Shown: piece by piece, positions 1 through 15,150 of the stretch
Layout of the letters: every line of letters starts with the position of its first letter
How positions within the stretch are numbered: the first letter of the stretch is position 1
Assembly: GCF_009914755.1 (NCBI RefSeq)
Contig: NC_060929.1
Length of the DNA stretch: 64,000 nucleotides
Direction: 5' to 3' (one strand)
Source: the human T2T-CHM13v2.0 reference genome, Homo sapiens
Translations under genes and position numbers: made by a program
The notes under the pieces: generated by a model
The model's database searches: none
Told to the model about the DNA's origin: nothing
What the model saw: only the letters and a program-made list of their open reading frames with translations

Positions 1-640
<640 letters not shown>

Positions 641-825
641 GTTGGAAATATTAATAATTACCCAATTACAAAATGGGGCAGGATGTTAAGAGGTTTCTTT
701 TAAAAAGTTATACAATTGGCCAAAAAATATTTAAAAACCTCTCAATATCATTATACTTAAAATAATGGAAGTAATAATATCATTACCAAATAATATCATT
801 ATGGAACTTCAAAAGAACAAGAAAA

Positions 826-1244
826 TAGGAACACTTTTACACTGTTGGTGGGACTGTAAACTAGTTCAACCATTGTGGAAGTCAGTGTGGCGATTCCTCA
901 GGGATCTAGAACTAGAAATACCATTTGACCCAGCCATCCCATTACTAGGTATATACCCAAATGACTATAAATCATGCTGCTATAAAGACACATGCACACG
1001 TATGTTTATTGCGGCACTATTCACAATAGCAAAGACTTGGAACCAACCCAAATGTCCAACAATGATAGACTGGATTAAGAAAATGTGGCACATATACACC
1101 ATGGAATACTATGCAGCCATAAAAAATGATGAGTTCACGTCCTTTGTAGGGACATGGATGAAATTGGAAACCATCATTCTCAGTAAACTATCGCAAGAAC
1201 AAAAAACCAAACACCACATATTCTCACTCATAGGTGGGAACTGA
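826..1244 (+). pseudogene. L1 ORF2p C-terminal remnant ([10 protein letters not shown]...SLIGGN)
   Basis: ORF 765-1244 translation matches the cysteine-rich C-terminus of L1 ORF2p; the first ~20 codons come from the flank. Confidence 0.9.
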
Positions 1245-1455
1245 ACAATGAGATCACATGGACACAGGAAGGGGAATATCACACTCTGGGGACTGTGGTG
1301 GGGTGGGGGGAGGGGGGAGGGATAGCATTGGGAGATATACCTAATGCTAGATGACGAGTTAGTGGGTGCAGCGCACCAGCATGGCACATGTATACATATG
1401 TAACTAACCTGCACAATGTGCACATGTACCCTAAAACTTAAAGTATAAAAAAAAA
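826..1455 (+). mobile_element. Young 5'-truncated LINE-1, L1PA2-like (~630 bp) with polyA and 15-bp TSD
   Basis: Near-consensus L1 3' end; GCTAGATGACGAGTTAGTGGG and CTTAAAGTAT (non-Ta diagnostics); TSD AAAAGAACAAGAAAA at 811-825 and 1456-1470. Confidence 0.95.
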
Positions 1456-2974
1456 AAAAGAACAAGAAAAATCCACTGCACAGTCACTAGCATGGAAATA
1501 ATTTAAAGTATATATAATATGCATTAGGATGTAGAGAAATCAAAACCTTTATATATTGTTAGAAATATAAAATGATGCAGCCATTCGGAAAACGGTCTGA
1601 CAGTTCTTAGAAAAGATGACCATAAAGTTGCCATGTAATACAGCACTCTCACTAGTAGGTATGCAACTAAGGGAAATGATAAAACGTAAAGCATATACAT
1701 GAATGTTCATAGCAGTATTATTCTTAACAAAAGGTCAAAACAGCCTAAATGCTATCAACTGATGAACGCACAGATAAAATATGGTACTCCCATAGAATGG
1801 AAAAGTATTCTACCTTAAGAAGAAACAAATAATTGATACATGCTACAATCATGGATAAACCTTGAAAACTATGCTAAATGAAAGAAGCTACACATAAATA
1901 ACCACATATTGGATAATTCCATTTATATGTTCTTGAATAGGCAAACATTATTCCATTTATATTGACTTAAATAGGCAAATCCTTAGAGAATAAAAGTAGA
2001 GTAGTGGTTGTGTAGAGCTGGGGGAAAGGACAATGGAAAATGTTCATGGATGCAGATTGTCTTAGGGTGATGAAAATGTTCTAAAACCATGGCGATGGTT
2101 GTACAACTCTGAATATACTAAAAATTATTGATTAAATAATGGATGGTGGTATGGCATGTGGATTATATCTCAATCAAGATGTTTTTAAAATTTAAAATGA
2201 ACATGTTTCAGTTTATACTTTATTCCACAGAACACAGTTCTTAAGGATATTAGTAATTAAGCAAGCCAATTAAAATATCTGAATTTAGCAAAGTCAAACA
2301 GCCTTTTTACTGTACGGCTGAACAGAACTATTAAAATTCTAATGTGCACTACAATTCTTGTGGATTTTATGTAGGAAGTAAAGATAACTATTGACCTTGA
2401 AACGTTTTATTCTGCTCTTCTACTGTTAACAAGTAGTACTTATTTCAGGGAAACAACCTTTGGAAAACGGTATTCTACGACTGGTCTTTTCTTTCCTAGT
2501 CTGGTATAAAATGTTGTGCACAACTTTTATTGTTCTTCTTTTAAGAGTCATTTTGTATTTGAAAAGATTATTAGATTATATATTTTCACTGGTTCAACTT
2601 AAATAAGGCTTTAAATTATGCACAAATTGATTACTTACTTATAAACTACTCTCATGTAGATGGGTGCATATTAATGAAAATCTATAGGCACAGATATAAA
2701 GTGATGCTGTTTAGCAAAACCAGAACAAGCTATTTGAAGAATATGATATATAATATATTAAGAATATTGCCTCTGACCAACGATATGTTCTGAAGTTTAG
2801 CTGGCCTTTAAAATAGTTTCATATATTCATAATATACTTTTATACATGAGTATTATATAAATTAAATTAATATTTAATGTTTTATATTCTTCAAGGAAGG
2901 GCATTATGCTTGGTGTGAAGATACCTTTAAAATGGAGTGAGATACAATTTATATATATCCAAAAACTATAATTG

Positions 2975-3172
2975 CATTTTTTTAGTGTGGTAAGAACACT
3001 TAACATGAGATCGCCCCTCTTAAATTTTTAAGAGCACAATACAGTATTATTATCTATAGGCACCATGTTCTACGGTAGATTTCTAGGATTTATTCATCTT
3101 GCATAACTAGAATGTTAACCCCTTTAAATAGCATCTCACCAAATTCCCCTCATGCCAGTCCCTGGCGAGCAC
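2975..3172 (-). mobile_element. L1MA9/10-type 3' end fragment
   Basis: gtggtaagaacacttaacatgagatc...acaatacagtattatt...ttattcatcttgcataact. Confidence 0.7.
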
Positions 3173-3333
3173 CAATGAATACTGGATAATTATTTTTATC
3201 AATGAAAGCAACATTAATGGCTAATCTTGTCACTTCCCGGATTGACTTGATCAATTTCACAGACAGTATTCTCATCTAGGTCTTGTATTTGAAATCTATG
3301 CTCCCTAAGATTTCTTCTTCTAAATTCTTATTA

Positions 3334-3711
<378 letters not shown>

Positions 3712-6700
3712 TTACAATGTGAAAATTTGCTTTAAAATATGCTCTTATCTTCTTTAAACTGTCTGTGATTTTAGGAATTTAATATTGGCAATATTTAAAT
3801 AATGCAAATAGTTAAGTCGGCTCCTATTTCTGTGACTGTTTCTGGTTCTATTTATTGTAGAAAAAGAAAGAAAAAAATAACTTTCCTTAAAAATTTCTAA
3901 CCACAAAGGGTATTCAGTTTTGTTGCTGTGGGAGCATCTGGCATCTGCTTTGCTTGGATAATCCTGGGAACTGAAACTTTCAGCAGCCGAATGAGTTCCT
4001 TAAAACTTCTTGGGCCTTGGTGGCTGTAATTTTAATGATGATCAGCTGTCATTTTTATACACAGAATTTCATTACAAGATAGTGAACTTATTTTTTTTAT
4101 AGTGAACTTTTTTAAAGCGCTAATAAGGTAGATTTTGAAGCGATTATTGTACAATGCCAAATCAGTAATTTACAAACAATAAAAAAGTTTTTAGCATTAG
4201 GTTCCATTTTTATTGTAGTTAAAAAAATAGGTAAATGCACTTGGTTGTTTAGATATATTCTGAGTGATTATGTATAAAGAAAAACTAAGTATTTAAGTTT
4301 CATCTGGCTCTCTCTTGTTTGCCTCACATTATAGTATTTCAATCGTGGAGAAATATTTTTGTAGTGAGTTTTTCTGTGTCTTTTTATAATTCAAAGTTCT
4401 AGTGTGATATGTTTGGTTTTCTCACCATTGTAGTTAGAGAGGTCAACACATGCAAAATATGTGACCATGCACAATGACACAGACTCTCATTGATTTCTCT
4501 CAGTACATGTTTAATTTCTGTTAGAATAATTCTGCCATATTTTAAGTTGGGGGATTTACAGCACTCATAGGCATTTCTACTTCTAGGAAGAACTTTTAGG
4601 CAGTGATTTAACTTATTGTGAAACTGGGATAATAATGCTTCTTCTGTGCTTTGTCTCTGTAGCATCCATTGCATGCATTCATATATCCCTTTTGAGTAAA
4701 TAAATTAATGAATCGTCACTCTTCTACTTTGAAACAATTGTAGTTTAGGCATAATGATTGATAAGAGGAGGGAAAGCTGAATTTTAGCCTTCCTTTCTCC
4801 CTTTGCTGAGGTTGTATGTATGGTGTACAAACTGCCCAGCTGTAGGCTGTTGTTCTGCATCCAGTCTTGCTGTCTGATTGCCTTCATATCTGATGTTTGC
4901 TCCTGGATATCCTTTATCACTGATAGTGAATTTCCATCACACTTCTCAATGGCCAATGATCCCAAAGTTCTTCTTACGGCTTGCTATTATACAAGCCATA
5001 ACATATATATGCTATTATACACACTTTACTAATTATATCTGGAATTGTACCGCATTTAAAAAGAAGGGTAAATGAAGCAAACTCACAGCCAGCTACCTAA
5101 ACCTTTAGATTTCTTTCATTTATTTATTTTTTGCCTGGTGGATCACTTTTACTAAAAGATTAGTGCCATTCTTTTTTTACTCATTCTTCTCTTATTCATC
5201 TACTATCAAAATGTGGTCTCACATTTATTCTAAATTCACTGGAAAACTTTAATTGGATTCAATAACATTTAAGAAGGTACTTATACTGGCCAATTACCCT
5301 CAAATTTTAGGTTGAAAAAACATAGTAGTACGGGACAAGGGAGAAAGAAACTTTGTTTCTTCAATTTTTTCAAAATGTGTTTCCTTTAAAAGTTATTCAG
5401 GATGAATTTCCACTCTTTCATCTGATATGCTAATCTGAGTGTTCATTACAGAATATTGTTTATGTACTTTAAAAACTACTTGGGAAGCATTACATGACAG
5501 CTGTCTTCTTAATATCCTCACAGAAATTAGTTCTTCTATTTCAGGAAACTATCCCAGTGATCCCAATACGGCTCCCTAAATAAATATGTAAATCTATTTC
5601 AGAATCATCCACAGACTGTATATTATAGATGTCTGTGATTCAAAGTACTTGCTTGCTAAAATATATACCTTTACACAATGATAATATGCAAATGGATTTA
5701 ACTTGATATGATTAAAGCAATTAAAACTAATGATGCAATAAAAATAAAAGACAGGTAGATAGACACATATGCAAAACTTATTCACAGTAATAACCATTCT
5801 GCAATTAAATTTTTCTCAATAAAGTTAACACTTTAAAGAACTCTTGCGATTTACTAATTTAAATATTTATGTTATAAAATAAACATCTGCTTGTAATAAA
5901 GTTCACTTTTACTATTTTAACATTAGTCACTGACTGAGAAAATTCTTGCCTGAAATGAATGAAAGCAAAATTGTGGAAAAAATTAACAATGTCACAATTA
6001 CCATTTTTGAATAATGGTTGAAGATGTTATTACGTATAATCATTTGTGTAAATTATTACTATAATAAGCATAAATGCTTTGTCATAGGTATAATTTTAAA
6101 TTATTTAAATAAAAGAATATAACTTATGAAACAATACATGAAATCTTTCATTAATTAATAATTCCTATTTAGGTGGAGAAAGAATCCTTTTTTCCCCTTA
6201 AATTATCCTCTAATTTGGTGCTTTTACGGCTTTTTGTTGCAAATGATCAGTATACGTATTGCTAATAGTTCCTTTGTAGATTACATATTGCATATGTCAA
6301 TAAAATGTGTAGAATACATATTGTATATGTCGAAATTTATATGTCATTTAGAAATGACTATATCTGATTATACCTATGTATAAATTTCAGTTAAACTTTT
6401 TCCTCCTGGTCAGAGTAGTTCTACATAAAACTCCTCACTTTGCAAACTTGTAAGGCCATTTAAAATCAACATTCTGACATATTATTTTAACACTGCTCTG
6501 TTTTCATTTTTAAGTGACATTTTAACATAGCAACGACAAAAAAATACTGCTTAAATAAAATTATTTAAAGCTCTTTATTGTGGTCCATTTCCCATTCTTT
6601 ATCTTAAAATACAATTTAGTGATGAGTGTTATAAAATTTTATGCATTTAAAAATAATTAATGTAGAGTAATTTTTAGGATATTAAATCAATAAATACTCT

Positions 6701-8629
6701 GTTTTAAATAAACAATATTATCAGTTATATTCAAGAAATAAAATTCATAAATAAAAATGTATTAGAAGAAAATCATGATTCACAATGTATGTAATTGCCA
6801 TTTATGATAGCTAAATTCAGTTGTAATTAATGCATTACATTGTCAATGACTAGATTTGACAAAATATTTTAAAAGTACAAGTGGTGTAATAGTGCAGACA
6901 TTTTGTGAAGCATTATATTAATTTTTAGGTAAATAAGCTTGCAGTTTTTTATAGGCATATTAGAAAATAACGTCCCTATATCAATACTAGAAAGAAATAG
7001 TGCCCAAATTGTAGGTTTGAGAGGTTTTAAACCACTTAAAAATGGGAGAGAGCATTTTGATATAATTTAGTGTAAGTTGAAGTATCCTATTAATCTTCCC
7101 AAATCCAATTATTTCATTGATTTTTAAAACTATAAAGAACAAATAGATATCTTTTTGTTTAATCAAATATGCTCCTATAAATATAAGTAATTTATGATAT
7201 GTTATTTCGTATTATCAGTTAAATAGCAATGTATTCAAATTTCCACTAAAAATGTCTAATACAAGTAGAAAAAAACTACATAAAAAAAGATAAAATAATT
7301 TTATATAAACATACTTACTGGAACATTATCTAAATGTTTCACCTTAAATAATACATCTATTTTCATAACAGAGCTCATGTAAAATGTGTTCCTTATGGAT
7401 GTTTGAACCATTTTGCAGAATATCTTCTTAATTCTATTTGTCAATGTTAATTATTTTTTAATAGAAGGAAAGACATAATACATCACAAAATTAGCATATA
7501 CTTATATTTTATCTCATATTTATTAATTGAGGTTTCCAATATTAATATAGCTTTAAGATGATAAGATTTCATCAAGAACCAATGCAGCTATTATTATTTT
7601 AAAAGTATTTTTCTTATTAACAAGTACTGTATGTATTTTATTTATTGAAAAGACTATCAAAAGTAGAGAAGTATAAATAAAATAATAGTAGTAATCTCTT
7701 TCCCAAATAACCACTACTAATTTTCTCCTTATTTTCTTTAATGCTTTATTTTCTTTGTGTATGTTTATTCTGTTAATTTATATCAAAATGCAATGTTAAT
7801 ACAATTTGCCCCCTCACAAAAAGGGATGTATTCCATAATCATCAGATATTTTGATACTGATCTCTTAATGGTTTTACTAAATTTCCAGACTTTTATTTCA
7901 AGATGTATTTGTTTTTTTTATAGTGCCTTTCTAACATAATTTGATGCAAAATATTTTAGTAAGAATAAAATTCTGAGACTTTCAATACTATCCCCTATTT
8001 TTATATGATTTCTTGCTAAATTGCATACACATGAATTCTTAGATACTTGCTATATAGATAAAGATACAAAATTTGGCACGTACGTGAACTCTGACCTACT
8101 CCACTATTTCTTCATCAATGGCAAATGCACAATACCTTAATGTAGAGAAGAAAGAACAGGAGATTTCTTAGTATTCACTATAAGGAAGTAATTAATTCAG
8201 TGTCCTATCTTGATCCGGTTGCTTTTTCAGGAGCTATTAAATATATATTTTATAGGAAAATTGTATATTAGATGTATCATAAGAGCATAACCTCTTATTT
8301 ACTTAGGCCCATGCAAATTCTAATGAAACTGCTTTGATAATGCAACACGTCCTATGTTTGATAGATTTTAGAACTTTGAATGGAACCTCAAATGATTTCA
8401 TATTGAGTTTCAAGTTCCAGATAAATAACATAATTTTTGTGATTCACATTGTAATAAGAATCTTACTTTTTCCAGGTAAAATGGCATGCATTTTGAGGAT
8501 AAAATGCTAAGATAGTTTTTGTTTGCATTTATTCCTCATTAGATAACTTTTTCCTTCTGTCACTGCAAATGAAACTAAAAGGCATTCAGAACATCTTCAT
8601 CTGTCAAACAACCTATATGTACTAGATGA

Positions 8630-8785
8630 GTACTTTTTAAATGGTGATTTGCATACAAATCGCCCAGGGATCTTGTTAAAGGGCATTATTTGTAGGTCTA
8701 GGGTGGGGACCTGTGATTCCACTTTTCCTGCAAGCTCTCAGGTGACGCTGAAGCTGCCTGGACACAGAGAAGTTTGAATATCAGT
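8630..8785. mobile_element. MER5A-like hAT-Charlie MITE
   Basis: cagggatcttgttaaa...gtaggtctagggtgggg..ctgtgattc...aagctctcaggtgacgctgaagctgc. Confidence 0.7.
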
Positions 8786-10349
8786 TGTACTCAGGAAAGA
8801 ATCCCTCAATGGCTAGTCCTGGTAAGTTTATATCCTTCATAACAGATGTGTCTATATAATCTGTGTATGTCTCTAAAGAAAATGAACTTAGAATCCAAAG
8901 GCGATCTAAGTAATTGTGTCTATAGATACAGTTATTTTACTGTCTGTAGATGGTATGGTATTTCCAGCCACCTCCACCAATTACAGCAGATTGATCAATG
9001 CCATCTATTCTACAGAGTCCTCTATTTCTCTCTCTTCTGCCATGTCTTTCGGCTAAATGCAAAAAGAAAAATTGAGAGAAAGAAGACTTACAAATTTGAA
9101 TTTCCGTGTTTCCACTTTTCATCCTTATTTTACAGTCGATTAATGAGTCCATAAATGAACATTTTGTTCTCCCCCATGTTAATTTAACTTTTGTTCTCCT
9201 CTGATGTAAACTTTAATTGTTTAAGTACTCTGTCTAGTTTTATGACAATTATTGTTTTCAGTTTCACTTCAGTGAATGTCTTCACTCATACATTTTAGAT
9301 TTATTCAGTGAGGAGTTTGTCCACAGTATACATTCCAAATAAGTATTACTTTAGAAACAGTATTTTATTTTAGGATGAGTTATAGCATACACTATTTAGG
9401 AGGATAGCTTATTTATTTATTTATTCTCATAATTTGGTTTGTCAGTATAAAGAGTACTGCTTTCCTCATAATTAAAAGTAATTTTTAAAATATTATAGAT
9501 ATCATGTGCAGATTTATTTTAGTGAAACCACAACCATATTAGAAAGGCAGTCAGCCTAAATTTACTCAATAATTTCTGAAAATACATTCCTCATTATTAA
9601 TAGTTTCTTTCAGAGAAGCTATAATTTTACATAGATTTCTATTTTTATCTATGTCCAACTTAATTTCTACTGATTAAAAAATACTCGTTTCAAAGATTTA
9701 TTTGCAGAAGAATGCCAGTTTTTACTAAGCAATAATATTTGTAGCAAAGAATGGTCTTTTGAATACCTCTAAACACTTATTTATCACTTGGCACAGTGCC
9801 CACTCTAGAAGGACTCAATTAACGTTCTTTAATAATTGAAAGAATAAAATTGATGAATAATGAGAATATAGATTGTATTGTTACTACCTATTTTATCTTG
9901 CCTCATAAATGAGTTTAGGTTAAGCCTTCCAATTTATGTTATAATACACCAGTTTACATGATAAAGAAAAAAGAGAACATGCAGGAACCTATATTGAAAG
10001 ATTTTGGAACTGCAATATCGACTTAAATTTTTCAATGTGTGGATTCGTGCCATAATTTCAATTACACAGTATGTGTATGCATGTGTTTATATATTATGAT
10101 GCTTTATTTCTACTATGTATTCATTTATTAATTTATATAGTATTATGACGAAAATAAAAGAGGATAACTTATATGGAATGCAATAAAGTATTTTCCTGGA
10201 TGCAAATGATTGTGTTGTCATGCAGCAGTTAGAGTGATTCTCAATGCCTGATATATCTTTATACCTTCCAATTCAGGCCCACTAAATAACTATCATGCTA
10301 GTATTATCAAGTAAATTTATTAACTATAAAATTGTTAATCAGTTGATTA

Positions 10350-10570
10350 TAATCATAACAGCAATCTTAACATGTTTTAATTAAGTAACAGTATATAGAA
10401 GGCATGGACCTAATCTATATGAATCTTGACTCTGAATTAGGTACTAATCTTATCCTTCTTTTATGGATGAGAGACTAAGTAACTTGCCCAAGGTCAAGGA
10501 ATTAGAAAGTGGCAGAGTTCAGACACAAAACCAGACAGTCTGGCTACAGTTTTTTCTTAATCACTAGGTC
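10350..10570 (-). mobile_element. MIR SINE
   Basis: Reverse complement of the MIR core: taagtaacttgcccaaggtca...aagtggcagagtt...agtctggct. Confidence 0.75.
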
Positions 10571-10914
10571 ATCTTGCTTTTGACTGCTATGCTTCCATGT
10601 CCTAGGCACGCTGACACCTATTTTAAATGCAGTATATTACTAAGGTTCTCTATTTCCCTACTGTTACCCTTACATGTGGCAAAACTAACTTGCTTATTCC
10701 TGTGTAGCCAGTGAAAAATAGAGCCAAGGCTCAGTCACAAAACAGTCTGTGACTGAAGCCCATTTGTCTAATTATGTACTACCCTATCCATTCTCTGTGT
10801 TCAGTCGCTATACTTAATTTAGTTCCAAATGAATGCGATGGGTTATACTTAAATTTAACAGAGGTGAAACTCACCCTTCTGAAGATTTATGGGGTGCGAA
10901 GATAATTAGATGAA

Positions 10915-10970
10915 AGACAGATAGTAGATTAGATAGATAAATAGAGAGGAGAGAGAAAAAGAGAGAGAGA
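10915..10970. repeat. (TAGA)n/(GA)n microsatellite
   Basis: Seen directly. Confidence 0.8.
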
Positions 10971-11379
10971 TACGCAAATAGCTCAAGTGAAAATAAACCA
11001 AATGATGCTGGATTACTCACATTAACATTAAATAAAATCAACATATATATCTTTCTAAAGGATGAAGATATAAATAGTTTGGGTAATCCTGATAATCATA
11101 CTTGAAATTTGGAAGGTAATAGAGTAAGAAACAAATTTAAAACTAAGATGTTGTGTAGACTATTCTGTAGACAGCAGGCACACATGCTTAATTCAAAAGA
11201 TCACAGACTTTGGAGCTAAAATAAACCAGAGATATCGTTTCTTTTTAAAGTGTTACACATTTATTTATAAATGTAAGATGATTTGGTTTGGGGAAGATTA
11301 ATTATGACTATGAATTGAAAGAAATAAGCACAGTGCTAGGGATGTAGTCAGTAGAGTATTTCTTTGGATTTCCTTCATT

Positions 11380-12280
<901 letters not shown>

Positions 12281-14369
12281 GACATTATTCAGCTTGTTTG
12301 TTTTCAGTTCCCACTGCAATTCCCATCAGTTACTACCTCCCTCACACGGCCATTCTACCTTTTGTGTTCTTTGTATCTTCTAGCAAAGACCAGATAATGC
12401 CTTCTTTCAGAGTGTTTTCATGTAAATATATCTGTTCTGCAAGATATAGTTTTACAGAACTTAAGGTGTATATTCTACTTAATTTTACGATAATCAGAGG
12501 ACCTAGCAGAACACTTTACGTGAAAGTGGATTGCTTACCCTGGCCAATTTTTTTGTTTTGTTTTAACTTTGAAGATAAAAGTATTTTGAGTTGAGAAGAG
12601 TTTCAATATTTTTTGTTGGCATACATTTAAAATTTAATCATGGAAGTTTTGATAAAATGTAGTTAAATGTTTACTTACAAATTTTACATTTTATAAAGTA
12701 TGGAAGGTTGTGTTAAAACTTGGAAATAGCAAACAAACTTGGAAATAGTAAATAAATAAATATCAGTTAAAAATTAGTGGTAAGGTACTAAAAGTAAAAT
12801 GCATTTAAAAATGCATAGTCCATTCTCAGCTTAGCTTCAAAAGTGAGAATGAGATATTTTTAACTGATAAAACTTAATGGTAAGGTATGAAAAGTGAAAT
12901 GCATTTAAAATTTTTTCACTGATAAAAATTCCTGTACAGTCAAAAAGCAAGGATTTGGTTATATATATGATACCTCTATTTAAAAAAATACCAATAGTTT
13001 ACAGTATCCTCCAATTTTATTTATTTATTTTTTTACTTCTTTGTAGTGCTCCAAACAATCTGCAGATGGGTACAGATAGGCTTGGGAAACAAGTTGAATG
13101 AGAATTTTTTTTGCATTATTTAGATTTCCTTTGCAGGTTTTATTTCATCGTAAGAGGCAGGTATAATGTTTTCATATTTGCCTGCATTATTTTGATATGT
13201 ATATTTTACTTTTTAATAAAAATATAGTATTTATTTATTAAATAACCCAGAAAATACTTATTAGATGCGTATATTTATAGCAGAAAAATACATTTAATAT
13301 ATATTTTTCCAATTTATAGCAACATGTGATGCAATATTTATTTGAAAAAAATTCAGACACAAAAACATTGTCAGAGAATGTGCAGAAATAGTCACAAATG
13401 AACATTATATAAAACAGCAAATCATAATAATATTTTATGATGAAGTGTTTTTCAACATTCTTTGATTCCTTTTCTTTCATACCAAACATTTAAATCACTC
13501 CAGGAATATTGTAGAGACGTGAAGATATTTGGAAGGAATATTTTCATATTGTGATATTGGTGGAATGGTATTAAAATGATGGTAATAGCAATGGGCTGAG
13601 GAAGATTTGTAAATGAGAAAATTAGAAAATTTAGATAGTAAGATATATTTTAAAGTTTCTGAAATTTTAAATAGCCTATAGAGGTCAGCATTGCTTTTTC
13701 TTCTGGAATTAACAAGGAATAAAGGTTAATCTGTTGAAACATAAAATGCTACTCTTTCTACATCACATTGTAGGAAAGCCACATCCACATATGCAACCAA
13801 ACAAATGAGACCACATACTAGTAATGCAAGGATTTTAGCCCACATTTAATATCAGTATAACTCTCTTCTCCAATCATCTATGCAAATGCCCACAACTACT
13901 GCACTCCTAAAAATAACAGTGAAAACATTACCTATTTATACTAACCGCATGGTCAGTTCCAAACTACCACATGGTCAGTTCCAAACTATCTACAAGATTA
14001 GGAACAGGGTCAGAAGAAAAGCTGTGAGAAACATTCCCATGAGCATAAATTTGGGTAAATATCAGGTCTTTCAAATAGAACACCAAGAAAGCCAATTCAT
14101 ATCAGCTACTACAGGAGTTGAAGAGATTTCTCATTGTTGGTAAAAGGAAATTGAAAATTTCTCTAGGATATTGCTACAGTCTCTTTGTCAATGGCCCTGA
14201 AGCACTCATCAAATAGTTCATGCTTGCTATCAGTTTTTTGCATGTATTATACGAACTGATGTCATCTTCAAAAGCTTCCTTCCAATTTATGGCCACTTTA
14301 AATAAGATTCTGTATGTAAACCTCTAAGTATCTCTTATTACATGCTTCTGTTAAACACTTTACCTATTG

Positions 14370-15150
14370 TGATGGCTTCAACTATCAACCCTTCTCAGAT
14401 GAATCATAACTGATCTCCAGTCCTATCCCTTCTCTGGTAAAGCGATTTTACATTGCAACTGGTTACTGAGCATCTACTTCTATGCACAATAGACACTAAA
14501 GAACAAACACATTCCAAACAATATACATTATTTTTACTCTATTTTCTTGCTTTGTGCTTTATTTCAGCTAATAGTGTTACTATCTTTACTAAAACTCAAA
14601 TCTTTAATAGCTTTTTTTTTTTTTCAGACGGAGTATTGCTCTGTCGCCCTGGCTGGAGTGCAGTGGCACAATCTCAGCTCACTGCAACCTCCATCTCCCG
14701 CATTCAAACGATTTTCCTGACCCAGTCTCTTGAATAGCTGGGATTACAGGCGCGCACCACCACGCCCAACTAATTTTTGTATTTTTAGTAGAGACGGGGT
14801 TTCACCGTGTTGGTCAGGCTGGTCTGGAACTCCTGACTTCATGATCCACATGCCTCAGCCTCCCAGAGTGCTGAAATTACAGGTGTGAGCCTATCTTTTT
14901 TTATTAATCATATATATAGTGCCATATAACAAAGCAATTTCTCATCACAATTTAAAAATAGCTCCTAGGTTTGTCCTTCATCTAGTTATCAATCTCCTTC
15001 AGATTATTTGTAATTTCATGGCCCTGGCTTCCCATGGAGTTTGTAGAATTAGTGTCTTCACTGGTCTGTCTCACATTTCTGTCGTCTCTGATCTCCTTAA
15101 AAGCTGCCACTTGATTTAACTTCTTAAAGTAATATTATTAACACCTGCTA
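14370..15150 (+). mobile_element. L2 LINE fragment (RT-region remnant) interrupted by an Alu
   Basis: atggcttcaactatca...gatgaatc...atctccagtcc...caactggttactgagcatctac resembles the L2 consensus. Confidence 0.55.
14612..14891 (-). mobile_element. AluS, missing about 12 nt at the 5' end
   Basis: polyT followed by dimeric Alu antisense, ending at gtgtgagcc. Confidence 0.93.

Larger units (their letters stand above)
650..2190 (+). mobile_element. Old L1M (L1MB/ME-type) ORF2 end plus 3' UTR, split by the young L1 at 826-1455
   Basis: Degenerate motifs gatgtagagaaat, aaatgatgcagcca, gaatgttcatagcagtattattc, atggataaaccttgaaaac, gatgaaaatgttctaaaa. Confidence 0.75.

Noticed and set aside
826-1455. 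Active L1HS-Ta element
   Set aside because: Carries GAG and A at the Ta-diagnostic 3' UTR positions and is only ~630 bp long
8947-9007. Possible pre-miRNA hairpin (tagatggtat...atgccatcta)
   Set aside because: Only about 10-13 bp of stem around a ~40-nt unpaired loop, too weak
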